From positions 17,462,784 to 17,526,783 of the forward strand of contig CM121341.1 in the NCBI GenBank assembly GCA_051530055.1: DNA of 64,000 nt. The letters run 5' to 3'. Both the position numbers and the translations under genes were made by a program. This stretch comes from Neoechinorhynchus agilis (lineage: Eukaryota > Animalia > Acanthocephala). The notes under the pieces were generated by a model. The model was given only the letters and a program-made list of their open reading frames with translations. It was not told where the DNA came from and searched no databases. Positions 47,309-59,181 of this stretch are shown piece by piece (position 1 is the first letter of the stretch; the number at the start of each line of letters is the position of its first letter).

Positions 47309-49297
47309 ATGGATTTGTTTTATTCCATGAGAATGCTGTTTAATTTGTTCGTGGTTCTTTGTTTTCTTGTCAAATGTGAATTTACGAGAGTAGCATCTAA
47401 AAAAACGATGTTAGAACGCAAATTTTACCTGAGTGAACGATGTATTATTTCAAATATCACAACACCTTATGCATCCCGCATTAATTGCAGACGTTATGGA
47501 CGTGGTCAATTGTTGGCAAATGTTCTTCGAACAGTCGGAAAAAAAGGTACAATTAAACGAGTATTGATCGAGGAAGTATCGATAGGAGAAATCCCCAATG
47601 ATCTTGAATTTATTCTTCCAAACGTTGAAGACATGTCAATATTCTGCAGAAAATCAATGGACAAAGTTTTTAAAATCGACAAGTATATGATCCAAAATTT
47701 TAAACATCTCAAAAAGCTTTCAATTCAATATGCGGACTTATGCGAAATTGAAGATGATTCCTTTAAGGGATTTAACGATTTAACTCATCTTAATCTAATG
47801 CGTAACAAAATAATGGTGCTGGATTCAACGATGGGTAACCACCTTTTAAAGCTGAAATCTCTTATTCTGTCTAATAATCGATTAAGTGGTGATTGTTTAT
47901 CTGTTATCAGTCGTATGATCAATCTAAAAGTGCTTGACCTATCTAAAAACCAAATTGAAATCGCCGTTATTCCTGATGGATATCGATTTGATAAATTAGA
48001 GGAGCTCAGAATGGAGCACAATCCTCTGCGTGTAATTAAATTAGATCGATTAACTCGATTTAAGAATTTGAAAATGTTGGCATTCAATTTTATTGGAGAA
48101 TTAAATGATTTATTCCGAGAAGAAACGCAGTTCGACCGTCTAAAGGAGTTGAGAGTTTTTGGCGGAACAACACGATATTTGAACGCGAGTTTTTTACGCA
48201 GAGTTCCTAAACTAACACGCTTAAAAGCCAATATGGGGTGTCTCGAGCAAATTCCCACTGGAAACGAACGTACAAGCAAATTGGTGGAATCCATGGTTTT
48301 GTCAGGAAATCAAATCAGTAAACTTGATGATTCGTGTTTCTCGCAATGGTCAAATCTTGACCATTTGGATCTGTCAAGTAATCGAATTTCTAGCATTAGC
48401 AAATATGCATTTTCGTACCTCCGAAAACTAAGAATTCTCGATCTCGGAGATAACCAAATTTCATATCTGCTTTACGGAGTATTGAAGAACAATGTCCGAA
48501 TAAATACGCTTTCTATGGCCAATAACGATTTAATAACACTGCCTAAAAAATTTTTGAAGACTTTGAAGAACCTCCAAATGCTCGATTTGTCTCATAATCC
48601 AATAAGTAGTATCGATACGATTACCGTTGGAGCGAATAATGTTAGACAATGTATTATAAAGGATACACCAATTTCGTTTTTATTGTATGATCAAAAGCGA
48701 AATCCTGATACCTTTCTCGAAATTTTCGATGTCGTAGAATTCATTCCCCAACCTTCACGGGAAGGTTTTGGTGTTCACGGTTTGGTTCAGCACTGTAATG
48801 TCACAATGAATGTTACTGTGCTAACATCGAAAAATCTACATCACGTAAAAGACGTTCATCAACTGATCAATGGAAATGAGACGTTTTCACTCGACTTAAG
48901 CCATAATGAGATATTCGTTATCGATAACGATGACTTTCTTTTATTAACAAAGCTTCAATTCCTGTGCGTTCAATTTAACAAGATTTGGAAAATTGTTCCG
49001 CGATCGTTTGAACATTGCCAGGAATTGAAAACGCTTGATCTGGCAAATAACCATCTAAGAAATCTTGATGTACAGGACATGTTCTATGGACTAAACAATG
49101 TCATTGCTCTACATTTGGCCAAAAATGGGTTTCAGTTATTTCCCAGTTATCATTTGTCGAATCTAAAAAGTCTAAGAAGTCTTAATATTTCTCACAATCC
49201 AATTCGAAAACTAGACAGTGGTGCATTCCGAGATGCAGGAACAGTTACGGTGGTTTTTCTGGCTTTCACCGATATTAAAATTATTTTAGATCTATAA
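47309..49297 (+). CDS. Signal-peptide leucine-rich-repeat protein, 662 aa, single ORF; no TM or TIR domain in the ORF
   Basis: Hydrophobic N-terminus (MLFNLFVVLCFLVKC) and roughly 20 LxxLxLxxNxI repeats (LTHLNLMRNKI, LKVLDLSKNQI, LDHLDLSSNRI, LRILDLGDNQI, LKTLDLANNHL). Confidence 0.9.
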   Translation: MDLFYSMRMLFNLFVVLCFLVKCEFTRVASKKTMLERKFYLSERCIISNITTPYASRINCRRYGRGQLLANVLRTVGKKGTIKRVLIEEVSIGEIPNDLEFILPNVEDMSIFCRKSMDKVFKIDKYMIQNFKHLKKLSIQYADLCEIEDDSFKGFNDLTHLNLMRNKIMVLDSTMGNHLLKLKSLILSNNRLSGDCLSVISRMINLKVLDLSKNQIEIAVIPDGYRFDKLEELRMEHNPLRVIKLDRLTRFKNLKMLAFNFIGELNDLFREETQFDRLKELRVFGGTTRYLNASFLRRVPKLTRLKANMGCLEQIPTGNERTSKLVESMVLSGNQISKLDDSCFSQWSNLDHLDLSSNRISSISKYAFSYLRKLRILDLGDNQISYLLYGVLKNNVRINTLSMANNDLITLPKKFLKTLKNLQMLDLSHNPISSIDTITVGANNVRQCIIKDTPISFLLYDQKRNPDTFLEIFDVVEFIPQPSREGFGVHGLVQHCNVTMNVTVLTSKNLHHVKDVHQLINGNETFSLDLSHNEIFVIDNDDFLLLTKLQFLCVQFNKIWKIVPRSFEHCQELKTLDLANNHLRNLDVQDMFYGLNNVIALHLAKNGFQLFPSYHLSNLKSLRSLNISHNPIRKLDSGAFRDAGTVTVVFLAFTDIKIILDL

Positions 49298-49817
49298 CCG
49301 AACATCGGGAATTGGCTCACATAAAGTGCAACATTCGGATATTTTATTTCTTCAATACAAAAATTTTCTTTGATTGTTTGTGATCTTCTGACTTTAGTAA
49401 CCGCTTTAAAATTCCTCAATGTAAAATAACATAAAGGAATACAATTTCAAAAACACCCTTCATTCCCTAGTCTGGAGCCTCTAAGTTTTTCGAATGTCGG
49501 TCATGAAATGGCTATGCGATATCATTTGATCTCGAATTTTCGATCCTAATTGAATTCGATTATTTTAATGAATAGTCAAACACAACGATAGTCATGAAAA
49601 CCCAACATTTCAATCCGCTTCTATCTTATCTGTACTTCTTCATCCTTTTGACAAACTATTATTTTAGTAACAAAGATCAATTAATCACATTTTTTCTTAA
49701 AATAAGACTTGATTTCTGATATAAATCGAAATTTCGATGTTCTTATTAAAAAAAACCACATACACACAATTAACAATAAATTAACAATCACCATGAGTCA
49801 TTCTTTAACGGATTTAA

Positions 49818-50147
49818 TTAGTTTTGTAGTAAGTTGATGCAAGCAGTAGTTAGACTGAGCTTCGAAATGATCTCAAATCTCTTAGTCTATTTCTGTTCCC
49901 TTACGAGTGTAAAAGAGTAAACCTGCGCAAATAGATTAGTACCGAGCGCTGGCCTCTTTTCTCATGATGAATGATACATTAATCTAACCCTTTTTAGTAG
50001 TTCAGTCGACGGCTCAATATCAACTCCTTTAGATCCGAACATTTTAGACTGTTTAGTCGCATAGTTGAGATATCTTATGCGATCATTTCTTTTGTTAGCT
50101 TCCCGATAATGTCTGCGATTCCATGCGATTTCTTTTGAAGAAAGCAT
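49818..50147 (-). CDS. Possible small spliced gene of unknown function (~86 aa)
   Basis: ORF 50147-49962 can be extended through two GT..AG introns (33 and 36 bp) to give ...ELLKR|RPALGTNLFAQ|TKRFEIISKLSLTTACINLLQN*. No family recognised. Confidence 0.3.
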
Positions 50148-51197
50148 AAAATTTGTTATTATAAATAAACATAGCTTTCACAACTGAAAATAACGAAGTC
50201 ACTCATTTTGAAAACGACATCGTTATTTGAAATATTGGCTATTGTTATAAAGTGTAGCATTCGGATATTTTATTTCGGCAATGCCAAAAATTCCTTTATT
50301 GGCTTGGTGCTTTCCGACTATGGTCATCCGCAACTTGGTTAAAACAATCTTGTTGCTTACTGCGCAAGGGTTTGAATTAGGTTCCATTATGACCGCTACT
50401 CCTCCGGATTTTATTGCAGATTTTTCCGCTAAGTGCGACCGGAGGGTGATCGTCTTTAAATGTATCTAAATTGATTATTGCGGTAAATCGAATAATCTAT
50501 AAAATTTCTTAGGTGACATGTCTCTTAGGGCGAATTTGTTACTATTACGGGTTTTAAGAGTTCGCATGCTCGACCATTTTTTCAGATTGATCATTCGTGA
50601 GTGTAATTATAAAATCGCGAATCCTGTGCAGTATTTCTTGTATGATTTGAAGTGAATAAAGGCTATCGATCTTAGCCAATATTTTCAAAGCATATTTTGG
50701 CCTTGAGTTTCTAATCCGGTACTTACCCATCATGTAGAAAATCGTGTCAAATACATCAACGCTAATGCTTGCCGATACGATTGCGAAGTAAACTTAATTT
50801 TCTATGCAAATACTATTTTATCGCTTAATTTTTTTGCTTCATTTCAGCCCGACGTGAAAAGTTCTTTAGTTCACTTGGCAGCTGAGAACTCTCGACCTAT
50901 GACAGTTACAATTGTTTAAATATGTATTTAATAGTCCCATAGTTGACTGGCATTTCCATCTTTGCTCTTATTTCTGCACCAATCGGTACAATTGGATATC
51001 TGTCAATGTACGAAGCGTTCTCATTAATTGCAATTTCATGACCTTAAACAAAAATGAAAGAATTTATTGATTTTCAATAACCAGTAATATACGACGATTC
51101 GATGAAATGTGAATCTTTCCGATTTCAAGTCAAGGATTGCGAGGCAGACGCCGCCTTCTACCATATCTTTTACTAACGAAATTAAATTTCTTTTGGT

Positions 51198-51349
51198 TGT
51201 TTTATGGCGAAGAAATTGAAATGATTTTATTTAAAATCCGATATTTCGGCACAAGCTTTTAAAAAACTTACTTGTATTTTTCTTCGAAAACAACCTGCCG
51301 AAATGTCGGATTTAAAATAAAATCATTTCAATTTCTTCGCCATAAAACA
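51198..51349. repeat. MITE-like fold-back, ~52-bp inverted arms
   Basis: tgttttatggcgaagaaattgaaatgattttatttaaaatccgatatttcggca ... tgccgaaatgtcggatttaaaataaaatcatttcaatttcttcgccataaaaca (2 mismatches); no clean TSD. Confidence 0.8.
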
Positions 51350-51639
51350 TGGACGCATTTTATGTAAACCTTTAGCTTGTTTCATTGAATTCCATTTTGA
51401 AAACTTGGCCTGCCTCATTGAACCGTTAACTTTTTTCCTTTTGACTTTTTTGACTTACACCAACTGTTCACTTCTAAGAGCTTCAGATGCGCATTGAATA
51501 GTCTCTCATCGCTTTAATTATTGAACCTTTTAGGATATCAGTAACTTGCTCAAAGTACTTCTTGAACGCAGCATCGAAGAGTAGATTACTTATCAGAGCC
51601 CCGTTCCCAGCACATTTATTTTTGTAGGTTTAGAGTAGA

Positions 51640-52155
51640 CGACGATGTGGAGATTAAACACCTTCATTAACAGCGACTATAGCAGAATATATTCTCAGAT
51701 CCACCTATTTTCCGTTTGAGAAAAAGCGACGCAGACTGATGGAAGAGAATGCTGGTATCAACCGCGACTAAACCTAACAATAATCTCAGATTTCATTACA
51801 TCCCGTTCGAGGAAATCGGCTTATTGATGGTAGAGAGTGTCGACATCAACGGCGACTAAAGCTAAATATCATCATATATCTCCCTACTTTCCGTCCGAGG
51901 AAAAGCTACAAAGACTTATGGAAAAGTGCCGGCATCATGGCGACTATTGCATAATATCATCGTAGATCTCCCTGCCTTCCGTTCGAGAAAAATCGACACA
52001 GAATGATGGAATAGAATGCCGACATCATAGCGACTAAAGCTAATATCATCCCATATCTCCTTACCTTCCGTTAGAGGAAAAGCTACACAGAGTTATCATA
52101 GAGAATACCGGCACCAACGGAGACTAAAATAAAATACCATCACAGATATCCCTAC
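51640..52155 (+). repeat. ~90-bp minisatellite, 6 units
   Basis: Units at ~51663, 51754, 51842, 51931, 52021 and 52110. Confidence 0.9.
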
Positions 52156-52324
52156 CTTCCGTTCTCCACCGAATACTGGTCCAGTATCGGATAACTGTCG
52201 CACTGGAAAATCCATCGTATGAGGACCGTCATCAATGTCATTTCAGGACCGCATAAAGGTTATCGATTATCGTATGGTAAATACAAAATGCTACATGTAT
52301 GTGAAAGGCCACTAGAACATCGAT

Positions 52325-53522
52325 CACGAGAAATATGTTGTATCTTTACATCCTCGAGAGTATAAGGACGATTATTTTTTTGCAGAAAACATGTCGATAT
52401 TTAAGGTCGCAACAATTTGCTCCTTTTTCGAGCAAATTTCTATCCCAACTATGCTTTAAAAATCCTTTATCCCAGTTTAGATGTCACATTCCAGCCATGA
52501 GGAGCGAAATTCACAAAATCCGGGCAGAGATGAGAAAAGCGATAATCCTGCAAACGATAATACAGAAAGCGTCAGTAAAGAGGAGGAAACCAATACGATT
52601 CCAGCAATTATTCCGATAAAGTGTAGCTATAGGAAGCGGAAAAATCTATTCGATCACAAAGCTCGAAATATGTTCAATCGTCCGTGGTCATAACCTATAT
52701 AGACTCGTCAGATTATAATAAAAATAGCCTTTTCGTATATTTTGACAACATTAATTCAGAAGTACTCGTTATTCTTATGTTCTATGTGATTGTTGAATAC
52801 AAGAAATGAGGTTCAATTAAAATTGAGAACAAAGAAAACACGTCTCCTTCAAAATAACTCCCGGTGTTTCAATAACAAGATTCTAAACTTCGCATAGACT
52901 TTATTGGCAGTATTTTAAGTTTTGATCTTGATTCTCGTTTCCGCATTTCGTGTTCAACGGAAGGTTATGAAAAATAAGCAACTGAATCTTTTGAAGGAAT
53001 AAAATATCAAGACGATTTTAAACTCCCATATACGAACGATAATTCAATGAGCGTAAGAACAGTGAATATATTCAAAAAGATGGAACCCATAATTAGCACG
53101 GAGAAAGTCAGGCGGCGAAGGTTTGTCGAAACAAAACCGCAAGCGTCACGAATGAGAGAAGTATAGACCAATCTTCATCTGATGCCGGGCAGAAGGAATT
53201 TCATACACTAGAACAGATAGGAACGACGGTCGTCGAATTTGAATACGTTCCTGACTTTATAGCCAATGTGCTCTTATACCTACAATCAGACGACCAACAA
53301 GCAGAATACCTCGCTCCAATATCCAAATGGATAGTGTCAAGATTCTTTGAAGAGATTTAGAATACGGATGGGAAAAAAGGATCAGGGCCCTAAATTCGGT
53401 TTAAAACAGTGAAGCGAAGGTGTGATCTACCAACTACAAATGTTATAGCGACGTCACCTTTAAGATCCACGATTACCATTTGTACATAATGATGAAATAT
53501 CCGATCCGCGATGAACTCGAAG
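52325..53522 (+). repeat. ~1.2-kb duplicated block (copy of 23072..24271)
   Basis: Direct sequence match from cacgagaaatatgttg to aactcgaag. Confidence 0.93.
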
Positions 53523-53905
53523 AGATCCTGGAGCAGAGTGAGTGCCGAGCTGCCAAGTGCTCCATGCGTCTCTACTCCGAAAGGGACAAAATAGTGGGCC
53601 CTTGCTAAATCATTTTATTTTCGTACCTTCCGCCCTTCCTTCCACTGCAGTGGCTGCACCTCCAGCGATTTTGAGAGAGTAGGGAAAGTTGCTTACTGCG
53701 AGGGTGTCCACACATGTGGCGTCCCAGAGAAGGCATTGCCCTCGCGCCACGGAAAGACTGAAATTCCGTCAGGTCGACGACCGTCTAGTCGACAAAGATG
53801 GGCAGGTTCCAAGATGTTGGGGAAGTTCGCCGTTCTCATCGTTCGAGAAATTACGCTATTGATCTCAGAATGGCGTGAGAACCTTCCTCCTTACTTTCGG
53901 CAAAC
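53523..53905 (-). mobile_element. CRE-clade RLE fragment
   Basis: RHSEINSVISR, EPAHLCRLDGRRPDGISVFPWREG..LWDATCVDT; closely related to the 33188 copy. Confidence 0.85.
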
Positions 53906-53909
53906 GAGA

Positions 53910-54640
53910 CCGTGTCGCCAGAAAGCAACAGCCAAAGCGTTGTTAAACAAAAAATTTCAAGCAACGAAAAACTCAATTTGAAAAGCGCGCTGCATATTCA
54001 TAAATTCAAGGACCGACGACCACATAATAGCCGACAATCAATGCAACCGCCAGAAAATTCTGATAATTCGAAGGCTCAGTTCTCAAAAAAGATCTCGACT
54101 GAAAATAGGCAGCGAACGGCGTTCATATCACCTAAAATAGACGCTACTGACGCAGACACCTTGAACGCGCAACTTATCGATCAAGCTCAACATGAGAAGA
54201 CCAATGCTGCCGGGCTCCTACGCGTCTCTACTGATGTGTGTTCGGTTTGCGGTAAGTCTTTTAAATTAACCAATTTGGGTTTTTTTGCCCATAGTCTTTG
54301 GGGATCTTCGCTGAAGCGGGTCTAATTCTACGCCACAATCAACCGATCCATTTATGCCTGGGACCTCTCAGATCACCACTGACTGTTTCGATACCCGATA
54401 TCGTGGGGGCTCTGCCCAAGAACGTCATAAAACGGATCCCAAAGGGCGCACGATATCAGGTCGCCAAAGCATTAAAGGGATTGCTCAACAATTGCCTCCA
54501 AAAGAACTGTGCACCATCATGAACACTTCTATTCGCATTCCCGCGCTTAGTCCTTTGCACCAGTGGTGATTCTGGGCGTCGTTGACATCAACAATCAAGA
54601 AAAGGGTGGTCTCCCTCAAACAGATATTTAACAATTTCGA
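53910..54640 (+). mobile_element. CRE-clade 5' fragment (N-terminal finger region)
   Basis: CSVCGKSFKLTNLGFF and ALPKNVIKRIPKGARYQVAKAL, homologous to the 42019..42540 ORF. Confidence 0.75.
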
Positions 54641-54644
54641 TTAA

Positions 54645-54827
54645 TTTATCCTGATCTCCGTCTAAGTTTTTACCAAAACTTTTTAAAAGTACTGGCAAAT
54701 TATGAGACGTGCATGATTTTTACTAATGAAATAAGAAAATAGCTATAAATTTCGTCTGGTGTCAAATAAAGGAAACAAAAGCACGTTTATAAATTTTTCT
54801 GCGTTGTTATTCGGCTTCTTCACGAAT
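54645..54827. repeat. Single diverged 190-bp satellite monomer (main-array orientation)
   Basis: gatctccgtctaagtttttaccaaaac...atgaaataagaaaatagctata...gcacgtttata...cttcttcacgaat. Confidence 0.8.
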
Positions 54828-56800
54828 TGCTGGCTGCGAGCGTGCCCACGAACTTGGCGTCACAGAGAAGGCATTTTCCTTCTCGCCACGGGAATACTGT
54901 GACACCGTCCGGTCTACGGCCATCGAGTCGGCAGAGATTGCTCGGCTGTAGGTTGTTGGGCGCATTCACAGTATTCAGGGCACGGTTAAGAATTGCGTTT
55001 ACCTTGGCGTGTCGTGAGTACCTTCCGCCTGATTGCCGACAAACGAGACCATGGCGTCCCGATTTTTTCATCGGTCGCTCCGCAACGACAGCGATGAGAT
55101 GTACACATCGGTATCCCAAGTCTCAGGGACACTGCAATCCTTACTGTCTCGTCGGAGAGAAGGGTACCCACAGAAGCGATTTGGATAGCGTTGAGCCAAT
55201 CATTCGATTCTCTTGTAGAGACGAGTTATGAATTCTTGGGTGAGTCCCAAACTGATTGTTTACAACCATTAAAGGGTATCTGCTCTCTGCCTGAATCTCC
55301 ACACCAGAGTAAGCGCCCCCACGAAATCTTCTTCCAAAGTGTAATTCTCGCCAAGAACGGATTAAAATATTTTGCTGCTTGGTTCTTTCGATCTTAAATT
55401 AGTTGGCAGAGAAATATCGGCTGCTTTTCGGATACCCAAACAGCTAGACGACACAGGCAAGGACGCTTATCGCCAGGCCTCGTCCGACAGCTGAGTATTT
55501 TAAATTTTCTCGAGAGAGGCTTTCACTGTCTTCTAATTTTGCCAGCTTATGGGCGTTCTTGATCAGGAACAGAACCTCGTGTGAAGATAATGCATCAACT
55601 CATTCGCACAGCACTGAAAGTTGCGGTCGAAGATTGGCAATCTCTGCTTCAACTTTAGAAGCAAAAATGCAGCTTCCTTGAAGACTCAACTGGTCTAGAG
55701 TGATCAATTCTATCCCGGAGGCAAGGTTCACCTTATCTTCCACGTTCATCACTAAAATCTCGCATTTCGCAGCATCCAATTCAATGTCAATTTTCGCCGT
55801 CTCCCTCGCGAGTGTCTCCAAATCGCGCATTACAACAGAAGGAATACCTCCGAGCGTGGCATCGTCCACGTACCAGCTGTTAAAGCTGGACTGGAGAGAG
55901 TGCGCGACGGGATTGACTGCGAGTGAGAAAGCGATCGGTCCCATTTGATCCCCCTTGCTGAACTCCTCTTTCTGACCACAAAACGTGGTTATTGAACAAC
56001 AAGTGTTAAAGATAAAAATCCATGATTATGTGGAAGTGGGGAAAAATTTTATATCAAAGAATCACTTTAATTGAAATATTTCGTCCGATCACACTGGACT
56101 TCTTCAGTCAATTATTGTTAAAGTATTTTATTCGCACTAGCCCAGTGTGATTGAACGAAATATTTCATTTACAGTGATTCTTTGATATAAAAATTTTCCC
56201 CACCTCCACATACAACGGGGGTGTTGAAATCCCATAGGCATTCGTGCTAGATCTCTAACTACTTCGAGCAAATCTGCTCGGTGAACTGTGTTGAATGCAT
56301 TTTTGAAATCACATTTCAAGATCACGTGCGGCTTTAAGTTTCCAGTGATGAACGTACGGAGTGAATGAACAATCGCCTCTGTTCCAAAAGGAATACAGCA
56401 GCCTAACTGAGTAGGGCGAAGCAGCATCGCTACTATTCCGCGAGCTTTCGGAATCAACCTTCCCCCTGCAAATTGGTCGATTAGGCATGCCAATGCATCT
56501 TAAATGGACTGGGAAGCGTAACCTACTGAAAAAGAAGTCATATCCTTTAGGTATTGGGGAAGCAGCCCATCAAGCCCTTGAGCTGATCCGTTAGCAATAG
56601 AGCAGATTACCATCTTCAATTCTGATTTCGATGATAAAACATAAGGGATCGTATCGAAGGAAGAGGATACTTCGAAATACTGCCGACCGCCGTCACTAGG
56701 ATATTTGGAACGAAGAGCTCGTAAAGTTTCTTCGTTATCTTTGGCGAGACTGTCCATTGATGATAAAACGCGAACTGCTCCTCTGAAATCTAAGGCCAAG
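54828..56800 (-). mobile_element. Degenerate CRE-clade copy (RT to RLE) with an interruption at ~55980-56130
   Basis: RGAVRVLSS..LRSKYP, GLDGLLPQYLKDM, QLGCC..GTEAIVHSLR, CDFKNAFN, MGPIAFSLAV..WYVDD, RHAKVNAIL, RRPDG. Confidence 0.85.
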
Positions 56801-56929
56801 CCAGGAAATACAAGAGCTGGTGCCTTCCTGCGCCAAAACATTGGCCTAGCGATCCATAGAGGAAACACAGTGAGTGTGGTCGCAACTACTGTGGGGAGAG
56901 CGATGCCTCTTCTTCGTGGACGGTGGTGA
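56790..56929 (+). mobile_element. CRE-clade extreme 3' fragment
   Basis: RAGAFLRQNIGLAIHRGNTVSVVAT...GRW*. Confidence 0.7.
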
Positions 56930-57009
56930 ATGTTGAAACGTTGTTGTTGTGTGTGTAAACGAAATAGTTGCTTTCAAAAACGAGAACTTATTCGCTCATT
57001 TATTTTTGT

Positions 57010-57217
57010 GGTCAAAGATCCCTCAGAAACATCACTAGCGGAAAACACTAGTCTAGGGAACGCAAAGAGACGCATCCACGACAACTCTGAGTTAGTTTCG
57101 ATGCAATCTGTCAATATAGAGGTGAATCTCTGCGACCTGATATCGCGCGCACCTCGGGATTCTTTTCGGAATGTTCCTGGGCAGAACTCGCGCAGGTGTC
57201 GTCGGTGTGCTTTATTT
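57010..57217 (-). mobile_element. CRE-clade 5' fragment abutting the 3' UTR of furin-like copy 2
   Basis: RVLPRNIPKRIPRCARYQVAE, homologous to the N-terminal segments at 42200, 54420 and 59640. Confidence 0.7.
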
Positions 57218-57250
57218 TAGATGATCGCAATCACGCGTCAAACATTTAAT

Positions 57251-58857
57251 TTAAAAAGTACCATATAAGTCAATACTTAAATCGTTTAAAATAAATGCTC
57301 CTACCACATCCATATTCGTGATTTCCACACTCCAGCAACCTCTTGGATCCTCCAGCCAATGAAGAACAGATGTAAGTGTCCGATTGTTAAAGCCATCTGA
57401 TTGGTCACTATCAAAATCGCGATAATTGACAAAACTGACTGGATGTCCTTGAGGCGACGAAATTATAATATTCAAATTTCCACGTCGACCGGGTCTTTCA
57501 GGATCTGGTAAAATGTCAATTTGAAGTTCCACATGTTCTAGTCTCGTTATTGCTGAATTCGTATAATTACAGGCAGTTGTACACGTCTTAAATTTCATCA
57601 TCTTAATAGGTCCAATCTTACTGCGTTTTATATTATTGAATGAAATGCGACAAGTTCGGAGATCGAACAGTTTCTCGGCTCTCATAAATTTTGCCCCACG
57701 TATAAACATTTCGGCGTCCAGGACACCGAATCCAAACACATCACTAACCCAAAGTCCTGCCCCATTTTTCCACCAGAGGCCGTCTGAATTCCAAGCGGCA
57801 CCTGTAGGTAATTTCGGACGTGAAGAGAAAACAATCAGATTTTGGATTTGTCTAGAGCTAAGTTTAGGATTAGCTTCTAGTCCCAATCCAATTATAGCTG
57901 CAACGCTTGGTGCAGCAGATGACCATCCAACAAAGTCAACTCGGCATCCAGATTTCCGATCTCCGCTAACAATACTAAGTGGTCCGGTATCGGCAATCAA
58001 AACACTTGTCATGGCGGAAGCACACCTTTCAACCGAGAATGTTTTTGAATTTGTTTTCGATATGCCCGCTACTCCAATTGTGTGTCTTGAGTTCACAAGA
58101 TCGTTACAGGAATTTGATAAAACTACAAATGATGATCCTTTTCCATTTCGACCAAAGGTTGTACCATCAGCCAGAAACAATCTCTCGGAGGTACTTAATC
58201 GTTTTGAAGAATCTTTAATTGGGTTAACTTTTACTGAGATGCTGAACACATCGATTGAAGAGTTTAAAATGCAATATTGCAGCTAACGGAGAAAGTGAGT
58301 GTGATTTATAATGGGTGAAAGTATTTCTTAAGAGACAACAAACTTTAAAAATGCGTCATTTCTTGGATTCTATCAAGATGTTCAAACAGCAACAATAATA
58401 AAATAAGATTTAATGCTAAAATCCCAAAAAAGATATCATTGTGAGGTGTGCAATATTGCAGTTGTAAGGAATTGAAATTTTTTAGTTTTGAGTTGTTATA
58501 AAAGAACCTGTAGTTCAGCATGTTGATGCTGCGTGTGACTAAGCGAGCGTTATAAGCGAGGCCCAGTCCACAAAAGTTGTTATTCTGACCATGCTTCCCA
58601 TCATCTAACCACGCCGTACCACGGGAGACGATAAAGTATTTGGAATCTTGGTTACTGAATGACTTAAAAGTCATCACACTATCCATTATCTCAGGAATAC
58701 CTTCTTCGAGCGTATTATCGACTATACAAAGCGTAACACCTTTTCCGGAGTAAGTTTTCATCAAGCTCAAGTCCATGTTGTTGGAGTAATTCATTGTTCC
58801 ATCGATGCACGAACGGCATTCCACAATACTCAGGATGCTTAAAAGGAAAAGAATCAT
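57251..58857 (-). pseudogene. Furin/kexin-like gene, copy 2; catalytic His absent; split by a 179-bp interval (475 aa if removed)
   Basis: Same motifs as copy 1 (IVDN, VSRGTAW, GWSSAAP, P-domain). The duplicated block spans ~57218-59020 versus ~34501-36310. Confidence 0.85.
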
Positions 58858-59181
58858 AGTAAAGCAAAAAGTATTTCAGCATTCTCTAAGCAACGTACAT
58901 TTTTTTCGAAAAGGGCATCGGTGAATCATCCCACAGCACTGTTGAGATTTAAGAATGTGAGATTTTAATAGACGACGCGAAGTAGGGTAATTCTGGTTAG
59001 TCAAAAACATTTGAAAATGATGAGTCGATAATCACTCTAATATTTTTAATTGTATTCAAAAAACCGGGGCAGACTTGCTATAAGTTATTCTCTATTCTTT
59101 GGAACCCAACAATTTATCAAATCCTTTAGATAACCCCAAGTCTATCCCGAACTTACAAGCAAAAATTTACAAGCAATCGAC

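Noticed and set aside
47506-49419. Minus-strand ORFs inside the LRR gene
   Set aside because: Antisense shadows of a long coding frame.
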